Part shown: positions 41,707 through 53,800 of the stretch, one piece after another
Layout of the letters: every line of letters begins with the position of its first letter
Numbering within the stretch: the first letter of the stretch is position 1
DNA from: Naegleria gruberi
Lineage: Eukaryota
Strand: one strand, 5' to 3'
NCBI GenBank assembly: GCA_000004985.1
Contig: GG738850.1
Length of the DNA stretch: 64,000 bases
The notes under the pieces: model-generated
Seen by the model: the letters and a program-made list of their open reading frames with translations, nothing else
Database searches by the model: none
Told to the model about the DNA's origin: nothing
Made by a program: the position numbers and the translations under genes

Positions 41707-44694
41707 TTAAAAACGAATGGCATCCTTTGTCAAACTGTTTACAATGTGAAGAATGAGCTTGATGGTCTTGATATCACTTGGCTTACCACGTTCAAGAATG
41801 ATTGGATGTTTAGCAGCCAAATGTTCTCTAATACCTTCCAAGATTGGAGCTGAAAATTGGGAAATGGCTGGATCAATTGGGTTGATATGAATAATAACTC
41901 TTTCCAACCAAGACAATTTAACATCAGTTTGTTCAGTAATATCATAAGCCAATTGTTGAACAAGGGTAAGAAGGATTGGTTGAGAAATTGGAATATCAAC
42001 TTCAAACAAACGTGGATCAATAACACTACACAACCAAACTAATAAACGTAAATCAGCCTTTTCCAAAACAAGTGAGAAAACTTCCTCAAATCTTTGGTTT
42101 TCAACCAAGTTCAAAAGTTGCTCCTTGGAAATGTCTCCATTATTATTGCTTGTATTTGTTGCTGTTTGTTGAACAGCTGGCATGTTTTGAGCAACATTCT
42201 TCAATTCTTGTCTGATAGCTTCAACAGTTGAATCATTGACTTCCTTACAGTATTGCTTCAATGGTGATTTAACCAATTCATCCATTCCTCTTTCAAAGGT
42301 CTTACTAATTTGTTCAAACATTCTTCTGCATGATGTTTCAAATGAAGGAAGAACTGTAGACTTGAGAACTGTTTGGAAACTATCTTGGATAACCTTCTTA
42401 ATAGATCCTGAATCAGAAGTATCAGTCAATGATTGGGTAAGAGCGTCATTGACAACATCAGACATGTTATCGGTGAGTGAGTCAAGAACAGATTGAGAAA
42501 TTTCATCTGGTAAATCATTAGTAATGGCAGAAGAAATAGTTTCAATCAACTCCTTTTGTCTAGTTCTTTCTTCAGAGAGTCTTGTCAATCTTTCCTTTTC
42601 AATACGCTTGTAAAGTTGTTCATATTGTCTTTCAGTTTGGGTTTGAATCATTGTTTCCATTTGAGTAAGAATGCTTCTTTCCATTCTCTTCAATTCAGAA
42701 ATGAGTTCAAAATTAGAACCACTAGAAGCAGGTTGAGTAGGAGTGGCTTGAGGAACAGATGGATTAACTGGTGGAATAATATTTGGAGATTGACGAATAG
42801 CTACACCAGTATTAGTATTAGCAACAACAATTTCCTTTGAAGAGCTTGGTTGGTGGACTAAATCTGGCATTGGAATTGCAGTTTTAACTTGTTGGCTTAG
42901 AGCACAAATTTGGAAGTTTCTAATATTCAACAAGTGAATACCACTGGTTTGTAAACAGAATAAACCAAAGTTAATACCAATAGTCATAGCAACAAGACTA
43001 ACAATTGGATATCTACAATCAAATTCAGTGATGAAATCAAAATGTGGATGATCTTCTTGTTCAGTCAAAGGTGTCTTGTTTAAGCGAAGAGTGAACAATA
43101 CTGGATATTGCAAATTTGAAACAAACAAAGCAGATGCTGTAGAATCAAGTTCAACATTATTGATAGAAACCTTTTCATCAAACTTTTCAGAGGTTTCTGG
43201 TCTAATTGATACTTGTTGAACAAGTTCAATGTCCAACTTTGGTGATAAATACCACAAACAAATATCAAAATTGTTTTGTGAAGATGTAATAAAGTATCTT
43301 TCAATATTAGTCTCAGTGCCTGAGCAAAATTGGATATTAATCAATTCGTTATTGTAAATATTGGCTGATTTTACAAGTGTCATGTTTGTTCTTCTATCCC
43401 AAATGTAAATATTACCAAATGATGAAATGCAGGCAAGATACTTTCCATCACTAGAGAAAGATAAATCGGTAATTGATTCATTTTCAGCAAACTCATTAGA
43501 CAATACACGAATACCACGCATAGTGTGAATATTATCATTATCTAATTCAATCAAGTTGTTATACATTGCTAATTGATCAACATCAAGCAAAATTAATTGG
43601 TTATCACTAGTAATAGCACATAACTCCTTATCTGATTGTGGAGCCCACAAAATTCTTCTAAAGAATCTATGTGATTGATCAGAAGAAAATGTTAAATGGA
43701 CCAATTTAGCATATCCTACTTGATCTTCCTTAGGGTTTCGTAAATCGTTTGGATGGATTTTTTCATCAGTTTCAATAATTTTCCACACAATCAAAGATCT
43801 ATCTCTAGAAACAGATGCCAATTTCAAATTTACAGAACATTGTAAATCGGATACATATTGTTTGTGTCCCTTCAAAAATACTTTCTTTCCAACCTTTCTA
43901 CTAACAACACGAATAGCTCCTCCTTTCAAACTCCAAACCATATAGTCATCCAAAATTCCTATACATTTACCATTTGTGAAAATTTGGTCGCTTACATAAG
44001 GTGTAATACCTTTAATACTGGCCAATTGTTTTCTTTCTTTCTTAGCATCAAGTGAGGATGTCACGTAGGTATAAGCCTTCTTATCAATTGGACCTGTAAT
44101 GAATGGATCAATCATAGATTGTGGATTTGTTACATATTTTTGTATGGAGGAAGAAGATGGAGAGGTAGAACCATTATTAATTACATTGCTGCTTGATAAA
44201 CTTGTTGGGGAATGGGAAGGTGAATTATTATTAACATCAACTTCAGATGGAGAAGTTGGGGAAAGTTGTGAAGTATTAGCTTGATTTAATATATACTCGG
44301 TTCTAGCCTTGTGAGAACTAATTGGTTTAGATTCTGGGACTGGGGTATCTTGTCTTGTAATTGTATTTCCGCTAACAGTTGTATTAGTGGTAGGTGGAAT
44401 TGATTCTTCTGATGGTGGTGTTGATTGTCCATTGTTATTTTGTAACTTTTTAATTTCTTCAAGAATTTGTGATTCATCAAACATTCCTCCTTCTCCCATC
44501 ATAACCATTGAAGGATCCATCATCATGTGTGGATATGGTTGCATAGGTTGCATTGGTTGCATTGGTTGCATAGGATGAGGTGGATAGGCGAACATTGGAG
44601 TTTGATGAGGAAGTTGTTGTTGTGGCTGCGATGTTGTATTTTGTTCATTAGCCATTTGAAGGCTTTTTAAAAGATCTGTTGGTAATTGATTCAT
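41707..44694 (-). CDS. WD40 beta-propeller protein with a long alpha-helical C-terminus, similar to enhancer of mRNA decapping 4 (EDC4/Ge-1)
   Basis: 995-aa ORF. The N-terminus has (MQP)n and low complexity. A WD40 region follows (…SLIVWKII…, …GNIYIWDRRT…). The C-terminal helical domain is ...LLVWLCSVIDPRLFEVDIPISQPILLTLVQQLAYDITEQTDVKLSWLERVI..., resembling the EDC4 C-terminal region. The family call is tentative. Confidence 0.45.
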   Translation of the reverse strand: MNQLPTDLLKSLQMANEQNTTSQPQQQLPHQTPMFAYPPHPMQPMQPMQPMQPYPHMMMDPSMVMMGEGGMFDESQILEEIKKLQNNNGQSTPPSEESIPPTTNTTVSGNTITRQDTPVPESKPISSHKARTEYILNQANTSQLSPTSPSEVDVNNNSPSHSPTSLSSSNVINNGSTSPSSSSIQKYVTNPQSMIDPFITGPIDKKAYTYVTSSLDAKKERKQLASIKGITPYVSDQIFTNGKCIGILDDYMVWSLKGGAIRVVSRKVGKKVFLKGHKQYVSDLQCSVNLKLASVSRDRSLIVWKIIETDEKIHPNDLRNPKEDQVGYAKLVHLTFSSDQSHRFFRRILWAPQSDKELCAITSDNQLILLDVDQLAMYNNLIELDNDNIHTMRGIRVLSNEFAENESITDLSFSSDGKYLACISSFGNIYIWDRRTNMTLVKSANIYNNELINIQFCSGTETNIERYFITSSQNNFDICLWYLSPKLDIELVQQVSIRPETSEKFDEKVSINNVELDSTASALFVSNLQYPVLFTLRLNKTPLTEQEDHPHFDFITEFDCRYPIVSLVAMTIGINFGLFCLQTSGIHLLNIRNFQICALSQQVKTAIPMPDLVHQPSSSKEIVVANTNTGVAIRQSPNIIPPVNPSVPQATPTQPASSGSNFELISELKRMERSILTQMETMIQTQTERQYEQLYKRIEKERLTRLSEERTRQKELIETISSAITNDLPDEISQSVLDSLTDNMSDVVNDALTQSLTDTSDSGSIKKVIQDSFQTVLKSTVLPSFETSCRRMFEQISKTFERGMDELVKSPLKQYCKEVNDSTVEAIRQELKNVAQNMPAVQQTATNTSNNNGDISKEQLLNLVENQRFEEVFSLVLEKADLRLLVWLCSVIDPRLFEVDIPISQPILLTLVQQLAYDITEQTDVKLSWLERVIIHINPIDPAISQFSAPILEGIREHLAAKHPIILERGKPSDIKTIKLILHIVNSLTKDAIRF
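44537..44572 (-). repeat. Tandem 9-nt minisatellite (GGTTGCATW)x4 encoding MQPMQPMQPMQP
   Basis: The plus-strand sequence ggttgcata ggttgcatt ggttgcatt ggttgcata lies in the N-terminal coding region of the minus-strand WD40 gene. Confidence 0.8.
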
Positions 44695-44948
44695 CTCAGA
44701 TTAAGTAAAATTATTATTAGATTATTTAGGATGATGATCAATAATTTAAAAGATAGTGATGTATTATTTGGCTATTAATCACTTATAAAATTGTTGGTGA
44801 TGAATTTGCACGACGCTCTTTTAAAATTTTTTTTTGATGATTAAAAATTATTTTATTAATCTAAAAATAGATCTTTAAGCCACACAGATTCGAAATCCAA
44901 CACTGAAAAGGTGCAAATTGTAATCTTTACAATGAAAGGATGTGAAAA

Positions 44949-46742
44949 TTACTTCTTCTCAAAGGAAATCAGTAATGGTTCTCTTGGTCTCAAAGTTACA
45001 TGATTATCGAGATGTAATTTGTAATTTGGTGATATTGAAAATTTGTAATGTTTAACTAAAAGTGCTAAACAGAAACAACTTTCAATCTCTGCAAAATATC
45101 TTCCCTGACAAATACGATTTCCAATTCCAAAACCAGAGAATGCAAATGGATTTTGATGAATTTCAATATGTGGATTGAAAATTGAGAGTGGAATTGTTTG
45201 AGATTTGAATTCTTCAATTGTAATACTTTGAGCAATAGTTGAATCTTTCCTTTTAAGGAATCTTTCTGGAATGAATTCATTAGGTTGAGGCCAATATCTT
45301 TCATCTTTGTGAATATCTAACCATGAAGCAGCTATTTGAGTTCCTTTTGGAATTGTAATATCTTTCCATTTAAATGTTTTTGTTACTTGTCGAGCAGCAA
45401 ATGCCACAACTGGATATAATCTTAAACTTTCTTTAACAACTGCTCTCAAATAATCCATTCTTCCCTCTTGATAATCTTCAAAATCAAATGTTTCCTTTCC
45501 ATATAAAGTTGGATAATCATGATCAATGAATTTATGAATTCGATCTTGAGCATCCTTATCAGTAGCTAATGAATATAATATAAATCCTAATGTTCTTGCA
45601 GTTGCTATTTAATAATTAATGTTTTTAAAGATGAATATTCATTGTAAACTTACTTTCATGTCCAGCAACAAGGAAAATGAAACAATTTGAAATAATTTCC
45701 TCATCAGTCATACTTTCATCTTTACTCCAATTTTCTCTTGCATTTAATAAGAGAGATAGAATATCAGAGTGAGGAGTTTCTTCTTCTTGATTTTTAGTTT
45801 TACGTTCATTAATAATATCATTAATGGATTTAGTGAATTGATTGGAAATTAATTGAGCTGGTTTATGTGGAAATATTCCAACATGTTGTCTAATCCATTT
45901 AGGAAATATATTGTAAACTGGAAGAATTCCAAATAATTTCTGAGTTTGAACAGTTAAACTATCTTTTTGATTAATATTAAAAGAATTGAAATCATAATTA
46001 AATCCAGCCAATCCAATAACCTCTACAAATATTTTACAATAATACATTACAATATTATATCATTCAATATTATATATCAATATTAAACATCAATATATTC
46101 CAATTAATACTAACCTAAAGTAAGATTTGAAAAATCCACTTCAATATTTCTCATTAAAAGATTCTTTTCAATATTTGGTATTAAAAATCTATTCATACAA
46201 TCAATTGTAACTTTTGCAACAATTTTCAATGATTGAGGAGCAAAAGCAGGATCCAATAATTTTCTCTGACGATGCCAAAATTCATAATCATTTTCAACAA
46301 ATATATTTGATCCACCAAATAGTTCAATAACACTTTCTTTCAAATCAGGTAATTTGTTTGTAATCTTTCTAGTTGCCATTTCTTTTAGAAATAATGAATC
46401 ACCAATTACAATCATTCCAGTACTAACAATTCCCAATACAACTTTATACATTTTATCATTTCCACTCTCTTTCATAAATCTTTCAAATATTAGAGGTGAT
46501 AAATTCTCTCCAAATCTTGTTCCCCACTCTGATGGTATTAAAAACTTTGGTAGAAATTGACATAGAATAGGTGGTATGAATTGACATCGTCCAATTTTAA
46601 TAAATTCATACTCTTTACATATTATTAAATATTTACAATATAAATAAAGCAGAAATAGTATTATTAATATTAAAAAACATGTCAATGATAAATAAATAAT
46701 ATCTAACAAGGCGGAGGAGGTGGATGATAGTAATGTACTCAT
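44949..46742 (-). CDS. Cytochrome P450 monooxygenase
   Basis: Three exons on the minus strand: 46742..46115, 46022..45654 and 45604..44949. Introns are 92 nt (GTTAGT donor) and 49 nt (GTAAGT). The N-terminal membrane anchor is LLDIIYLSLTCFLILIILFLLYLY. The I-helix AGHE|TT is split by intron 2. The K-helix is ESLRLYPVV, and the heme loop is FAFSGFGIGNRICQGRYFAE. Confidence 0.7.
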
Positions 46743-46923
46743 CAATATGTGATTGATTTAACGTTATTTTTTTCAGGATGAGATTTTAAAGACCTCTTTA
46801 AGATCATTTTAATATTTAAATGGTTGAATATCATATGTTCTTGATGTAAACACGTGTTTTGAAATGATGTAATGGTTTTATCTATTTAGGAATAATTGGA
46901 AGAAATGTTTTTATTGTAATTCA

Positions 46924-48296
46924 TTAAACAAGTTGGAATGAAATGTTTGAAGTTGCATATTTCTTTTCAGTATTCTTCTTCTTATTCGTTTGTTTCTTCT
47001 TATTAGTATTCTTATTATTATTGGCATTATTTGATTTTTTAGAATTTTCACTACTCTTTGCATTGTTATTTGCATTGGAATTATTTGATGACTGTTCATT
47101 ATTTTGAGTAATAGTACTTTCTTTTGGTGTTTGTTTCTTTGTTTTCATCTGGTCAACTAGACTTGAAATATTTCTTTGAGTTGAATTTTTATGTGCCATC
47201 TTTCTTAAACGAGCTTGATTCTTTTCTTTGGCATATGAAACTTGTTGATCCATTGAGGTTTTATCACCATACATCATACCCATAAATGTTGATCTCATAT
47301 TTAAAAATTCTTCTCTTTCCTTATCAGTTGCATTTGGATCCAATTTTGCTAATTCTTTAAGAGAGGTAAAACTTTTACCTTTCAACACATCTGATTGTTT
47401 AGATTCTTTTGAATCATTTGCTCCATTATTTTCTCCATTATTATTAGTAGTAGTAGTAGAATTATTTGATGGAATTGTTGAAATAACTTGAAATGCTTCA
47501 TCATTTGAAAGTTTACATTGAGATTTAATCCAAGATTCAAAATCATCTGATGACATAATTTCATATAATTTGTAAATAGATGCATAACCAACATAGGCAT
47601 CAAATGCTGCATATCTAACAAAATCATCATTTTGTTTTGCATTCTTAGTCATTGTTTCCATTTTAAGTAATTCCAAAGCAAGTGATTTAAGTGAAACTAA
47701 AGAAGAACCAAATAAATGGTATTGACTTGAAACAATTGCTAAATCTACTAAATTTGGTATTACTTGTTCTTTTAAATCTGTTTTTTGTGTGAATAAATGT
47801 TTAATATCGTTACAAACACCAACTCCAAGTTTAACAGTTTTTGATTGTAAAAATTCAATTAATTCATTTGGAATTTCTTTTAAATTTTCAATTTGAAAAA
47901 CAAAACAAATTCCTGTAATGAAATTTGAATATTCGAAATTTTCCAATCTTTTCTATATTCCGCATCAAATCCAATTGGAATTAAATTTGAAAGTTTAAAT
48001 TCTTTAGAAATTTCCATATTATAAATTGATTCTACAAGTGATGGAACTTTTTTCATTAATTCTCTTGCATTACTATATATAATAAAGAAGGGTGTTTTAT
48101 CAGTTGGTTCAAAACTTTTAAATATTTTAAATTTGTTTACAATTTCATTACAAATAAATGTTGATATTTCTTTAGAAACGAAAGAATTATCAATATTTAA
48201 TTGAATTTTCTTTGATGATTTTTCATTTCCTTCTCTTTTTCTCTTTTTATCGGAATTATCGGAGGCTTGTGTTGATGAAGGCTTTGAATTTTGCAT
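46924..48296 (-). CDS. DnaQ-like 3'-5' exonuclease domain protein (WRN-exonuclease / EXD-like) with a Lys/Asn-rich C-terminal tail. The coding frame is broken once.
   Basis: Two overlapping minus-strand ORFs, 48296..47883 and 47946..46924, lie in different frames. Exo motif I (PIGFDAEYRKDWK) is in the first ORF. The ALIQLC-like block (ITGICFVFQIENLKEIPNELIEFLQSKTVKLGVGVCNDIKHL) and motif III (YAAFDAYVGYASIYKLYE) are in the second. No GT...AG intron can join them. A single-A change in the A4 run at about 47939-47942 would restore one frame. Confidence 0.5.
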
Positions 48297-48512
48297 TTTT
48301 TTTCAATTTATTCAATAAATTAATTGATACCAAGCCTACTAACTAGGCTGACATGATGATAATAATGCAAGTAATAAATTTATTGGAAGGCTTTTTGCAT
48401 GACGAATCAGAGAGAATTGAACAGAGTGCAGAGAGATGCCACGTGTACTCTCAAAAAAGCCTTTTTTTAAAAACTCCAGAAAAAAAACAAATCCACGACT
48501 ATTCAATATAAT

Positions 48513-49196
48513 ATGGCTGGATCTAAACAAAAGAAGCGTGTTACTACCAATGCCACTATAATGAGAAATCATTATATTGCAGTTGGTGTTGTTAATGTAT
48601 GTTGTTGAAATATGTTCATTCCGAATCAAATAACTCTTTTATATTAAATTACATCATGATGATGGTGATATAAATGATATAATCAATCAATGGATTAATA
48701 GTTAATTTATTTAATTTATGTATTATATAATTTTGCAAACATTTCGACATTTGAATGGATTGCCTTTATTTCTCTTCTTCTAGGATATGGATTTTGTCTC
48801 AACTCTCTATATAAATATTCCAAGCCAGTTGAATATACTACAAGTGAAGGAAAAGTAGTAATGGATGTTAATGATTTAAGTGATGTTGCAGGATCACTAA
48901 CTGAATATACATTTGATATTATTTATGTTGAATGTTTTGTTCAATTAACTTCAATTATTTCTAATTGGTTCTATTTATTATTATTAATCATTCCTGGATT
49001 TGCTATTTTCAAATTATATAATTCAATTATTAAACCTTATTTATCAATGAATAAGGCTCAACAAGAATATGCCAATTCTCAACAACAACCTGAAATGTCA
49101 GATAAGAAAAAGAAGAAAATGGAAAGACTTGAAAAGAAAAATCAACAAAATATGCAAAGAATGAGAATTAGACCAAATTCAAATGATGATGAATAA
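48513..49196 (+). CDS. Small membrane protein, possibly TMEM208-like, in two exons
   Basis: Exon 1 starts at ATG 48513 (MAGSKQKKRVTTNATIMRNHYIAVG..). Its donor is either GTGTTG at 48586 (phase 1) or GTATGT at 48597. Exon 2 is 48784..49196 (…YGFCLNSLYKYSKPVEYTTSEGKVVMDVNDLSDVAGSLTEYTFDIIYVECFVQLTSIISNWFYLLLLIIPGFAIFKLYNS…KKKKKMERLEKKNQQNMQRMRIRPNSNDDE). The exon-1 junction and the family call are both uncertain. Confidence 0.35.
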
Positions 49197-49262
49197 ATTA
49201 TTAATGTTTTGAAATAATTATTAAATATGGTAATTTTAGATATTTAAATATTCAAGAAAAAA

Positions 49263-50253
49263 ATGACACAAGGTAAATTATTAAATAATTGTGATTGAGT
49301 ATTTTTAATGATTCTCAGAATTTTCAATTACAAAGTGTAATTTATGTAATCATGTAGTATTGACTGATAGTATTATTGATCACTTGAAATTACTTCATCC
49401 GAATATTCAAATTCATTCAAACCCAATTTCAAATAACAACAACAAACAACCAACCTTATCAAATAATAACAATAACAACACTAACAATTTAAAATCAAAG
49501 CCTTCTTCATCGTCATTACATCACAACAACACCACCACCACTACTAGTACTTGTATAAAACAATCAAACAATAATATTTCTAACATACCGATCAAGAGGA
49601 AAGTGAGGAATCAAGAGGAAGAACATTCTAATGATGATGGAAAATCAAAGATTGGTACATCTTCTAATACTAGTAGTAGTAGTAAGACTCCTATAAACAA
49701 TAATACATCCAATAGTAATAGTAATACTCTAAATTCATCGACCACATCCGAAAAATCAATATCACCAAACACCTTCTCCATTAAAATTACCAACAATGAA
49801 ACTAAATTAATGAGTAAGATTCCTAAAATCACATCTAACAGTACAACTACAGTTCTCAATAATAATAGTACTAATAATGGTAGTGTTGGAAGTAGTAATC
49901 AACTCAAAAGAACTATTTCACAAGTCTCCTCACCAACCACTACTACTACTACAAGTACTCCAAAGAGATTTGTTAAACTTATTGAACCACCATCTCATAT
50001 TCAGAATGAAAGACTTTCAAATAGTCATCATCATCATCATGAAAAGAATGTATTATCACCTAAACCAAATAGCAACAATACACCCTCGCCTTCAAATCTA
50101 GATGTTAGACCAAAGAGTGCAGTTTCAATTCAACATATTGTTAATACTAATATAAATAATATAAGGCCAAGTGATGGTGCTCCCCTCATTCCTAACAATA
50201 ATATTCATAATAATATTAATAATAACATTAACAGTAGTAGTAGCAATAAATAG
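49263..50253 (+). CDS. Asn/Ser/Thr-rich low-complexity protein. The first coding exon is only 10 nt.
   Basis: Exon 1 is 49263..49272 (ATGACACAAG, MTQ plus 1 nt), followed by an 85-nt intron (GTAAAT..CATGTAG). Exon 2 is 49358..50253 (VLTDSIIDHLKLLHPNIQIHSNPISNNNNKQ…). Coding-like P/H/Y-rich sequence continues downstream in shifted frames to about 50808. Confidence 0.4.
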
Positions 50254-50862
50254 TAGTAATAATAAGTAGCAACAATCATAATATTTCAAATTCTACTTCT
50301 AATAGTAGTACAACAACAACAACAACCACATCAATTCTTCCAAGCACTGCTGGTAATAACAATTATGCAAAATCAGCCTTAGTTAATTTGAAGGCTACTG
50401 CTATTCATCCTAAACCAATTCTTCCAAGATCAACTACTACCACATCTCCTCCACCTACTAGTGCTGTTAATACATTGCCTCATCCTTATTCCCCACCTTC
50501 AAGTCCTACTACTTTTATCATCATCATCACCCTAATGGTGGAACAATTTATTCAACTTCTCCCTATCATCCACCACCACCACATCCAATTTATCATCATC
50601 ATCACCATCCACCACCAATAGTACCACTCTATTCACAACCTCATCCAATGCCTCAATCACCACATCACCACCATCCTCCTGGTGTTTATTATGCACCTGT
50701 TTATACTACACCATCTCCTACCTATCCTATTATGACTTCTCCCTATCATCATCCACCACCACCACCTACAACAACCAATCATCATTCTCACCACCATCAA
50801 CAACAGTAGATTCTTTTCATTACTTGTCAATTGTCGTTTTTCTACAGAGTTTACTACAAAAA

Positions 50863-53800
50863 ATGTCTCAACCAAGTCCTGTAAGTGATTGTATAATTTG
50901 AATCAATTGTTGTATTAATGATGATCGGATTCAATAAAGAGAAATCAAGATACAATTTCTAGTTCAATCATTTTGACAATTATTGGAGAAGGAGAATTTA
51001 AAGTAATAATTGATGATCGTTCTTTTTTAAATGAATTTAATCAATCACAACCACAACCACAACAACAACAACAACAATTATCATCATCAATAAATGAAGA
51101 TGAAAAGAAAAAGAAGAGAAAATCATTTTCTCAATCATTTTCAGAATCATTTACTCAAGTTTTACATCAAACTACTTCTGGAATTACAAAAGGATTATCA
51201 ACTTTTACTTTTAAAACGAGACATGTTCAATTGAGAACAAATGAATTATTAATTTATGCTGTTAAAGGTTTGTTTTAATATTTGTTTTTAATAATAATTA
51301 AATATTTTATTACAATGAATTACAATAAAAAAATAGATAATTCCAAAAATAGAAAATTAAAAGCTAACATTTCACTTATCAAGGCAATAGTTAGTAAAGA
51401 TACACTTTACAAAAATTGTATTCGTATTGAAACTCAAGATAAAATTGTTCATATTCAAATAGATTCAGAAGATACAAGACAAAAATGGTTAAAATCAATT
51501 ACAGAACAAACACAAATTCTATCGAAAAGAAAAGAAGAAAATATAATTGCATCACTCTCTTCAAATTCTTTAATTTCATTAGACAATGAATATACTATTA
51601 ATAATATTAATAGTGGTGGTAGTAGTGAACAATTATTTAATAACAAATCATTGAGAGGTTCAATTGTTGATAGAGAACATGAGGAAACAAGTGAAATGAT
51701 TCAAAATTTTATTAATGAACTAAATAATTTGGATCCTAAAAAGTATTTTAATCCTGCATCAAATTTAAGTTCAAATCCTTCATCTTCTAAAAGACGTCAC
51801 AACAAGTTGAAAAGTTTAACTGAAATTTCAGGATTAAATAATGATTCACTTCATGGTATTAAATTTACTAAAAATGATGATTCTAATAATAATAATAGTG
51901 GTAATAATACTAATAATAAGAATAATGGTGAAAATAATGAACAAGATAATGGTATTTTAAAAGATAATGATCAAGATTTAAATAATCATGTTAAAGATCA
52001 ATTATCAATTTTAACAAGTGAATTTTCACATTTGAATAATTTTACATTTATAGGTGGATTAGCCCATTTAACTTTAATTGGTAATAGAATTATGGAAAAG
52101 GCATCTATTCAAGTTAATACTCAATCAATTTTAAACATGTCAGGTGGTTCACAAATATTAAAACAAGGTTACTTATTAAAAGCAGGTCCAAATTCACATC
52201 AACCATGGAAGAAACGTTATTGTGTTTTAACTGAATCATGTGAATTTAGATATATGAGTAAAATTGGTCAATCACCAAAAGGTTTATTTTCATTACAAGG
52301 TACTTGGGCATCACGTATTAATAGTAATGATATTGATGATAATGATGATATTGATATTAACAATGATATTAAGAATAATACTAATAATAATACTATTACA
52401 AATAATTCAAATAATAATAATAATAATACAAGTATAGATTCAGATACAAATCATAATGATGAAAATTTCAATGAACAATTTTTAAATATTCATTCAAATT
52501 CATATCAATTTCAAATTGAAACAAGTGAAAGAATTTATAAATTTCAAGCACCTTCTTATCAATCTTTAAAAAGTTGGTTAAATTCACTTGAACAAGTTGG
52601 TTGTAAAGTTAAAATTGATGAAAATGATGGAATTGTAAAAACAGGTTATTTAATGAAAGAGAGAACAACTAATCATTGGAATAAGAGATTTATAACACTG
52701 ACGGAATCTAATGAATTAAAATATTATGGAAAAAACAAATCAAATCGTTCCTTAAAAGGTACTATTCAACTTGAAGATTCTTATATTACTAAAATTATTG
52801 AAAAATATGAACAACAAAATATTGTAACAAGTACAATTGAATCTTTAACTGATACTATTATGTTAACTAATCATCATACTTTCAATAATAATTCTAATAA
52901 TACTAATAATAATAATAATAATAGTAATAATGGTAATAATAATAATTATATTATGAAATATAAATTTAAAATTCATACACCTGAGAGAAATCACATATTT
53001 GAAGCTGAAAATGAAATGGAACTTGATCATTGGATTCAAATAATTTCCAAATATGGTTCAATTCAAAGAAATGAAAATGATCCAAAACCAATTTTTAAAA
53101 ATCGTCTCGCCAAATACTATCTCAAAACAACAGAACAAGTTATTTTGGAAAGACAAGAAAAGCTACAGGAATACATTGTTAGTGAAGATAGTTTGAGAAG
53201 TAAATTGGAGAGAAATAAGAATAATGCTTCATTTAGATTAAATAATTCAAGTTTTCTTAGTAGTAATAATACTAGTTCAATTAGTATTCATTCAAATAAT
53301 GTTTCAACCAATGCCATGAATAATGGAGGTGGTGATAATAATCAACATCATCAATTATTAACAGTTCAAACAGCAACTGGAAATTATAGAAAACAACGTA
53401 ATAGTAGAGCTTATTCTAAATCTGAAACAAGTTTATTGAATCATCATTATAATCAAACAAAGAGTTTATTGAATTTGAAACCAGGTGAAACACCTCCACC
53501 ACCAACAAGTCCAACATTTTCTCTATTATCATCAATTTCACATAATGATGAACATAATCATTCTAATCATTTAATATCACCTTCATCACCTTCATTGAAT
53601 GTTTCATTGATTGCACATGTTCCAGAGGATGAATTTATTTCAGATGATGAAATTGATGAAAATCTTGATATTCAAGTATTGAAAATTGAACCAATTGAAA
53701 AATACATTCCAAATACTAATAATAATACTAATAATACCACTATCACTACCACTACTACTACTAATAATAATAATAGCAGTGAACAACAAGTGGTTGTTAA

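Noticed and set aside
46745-46924. Possible additional 5' exon or alternative start for the P450 upstream of 46742
   Set aside because: The first ATG at 46742 gives a standard P450 N-terminal membrane anchor, and there is a stop immediately upstream in frame. No extension is needed.
48339-48629. 96-aa minus-strand ORF
   Set aside because: It lies antisense to the proposed first exon of the plus-strand small membrane protein gene (48513-48596) and has an Ile/Asn/Ser-rich composition typical of a shadow.
50388-50875. ORFs 50388..50621 (plus, FIIIIT… tail) and 50657..50875 (minus, WWWW-rich)
   Set aside because: Both look like wrong-frame or antisense readings of a Pro/His/Tyr-rich coding-like region. 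The sensible reading is the shifted plus frames described in the findings.
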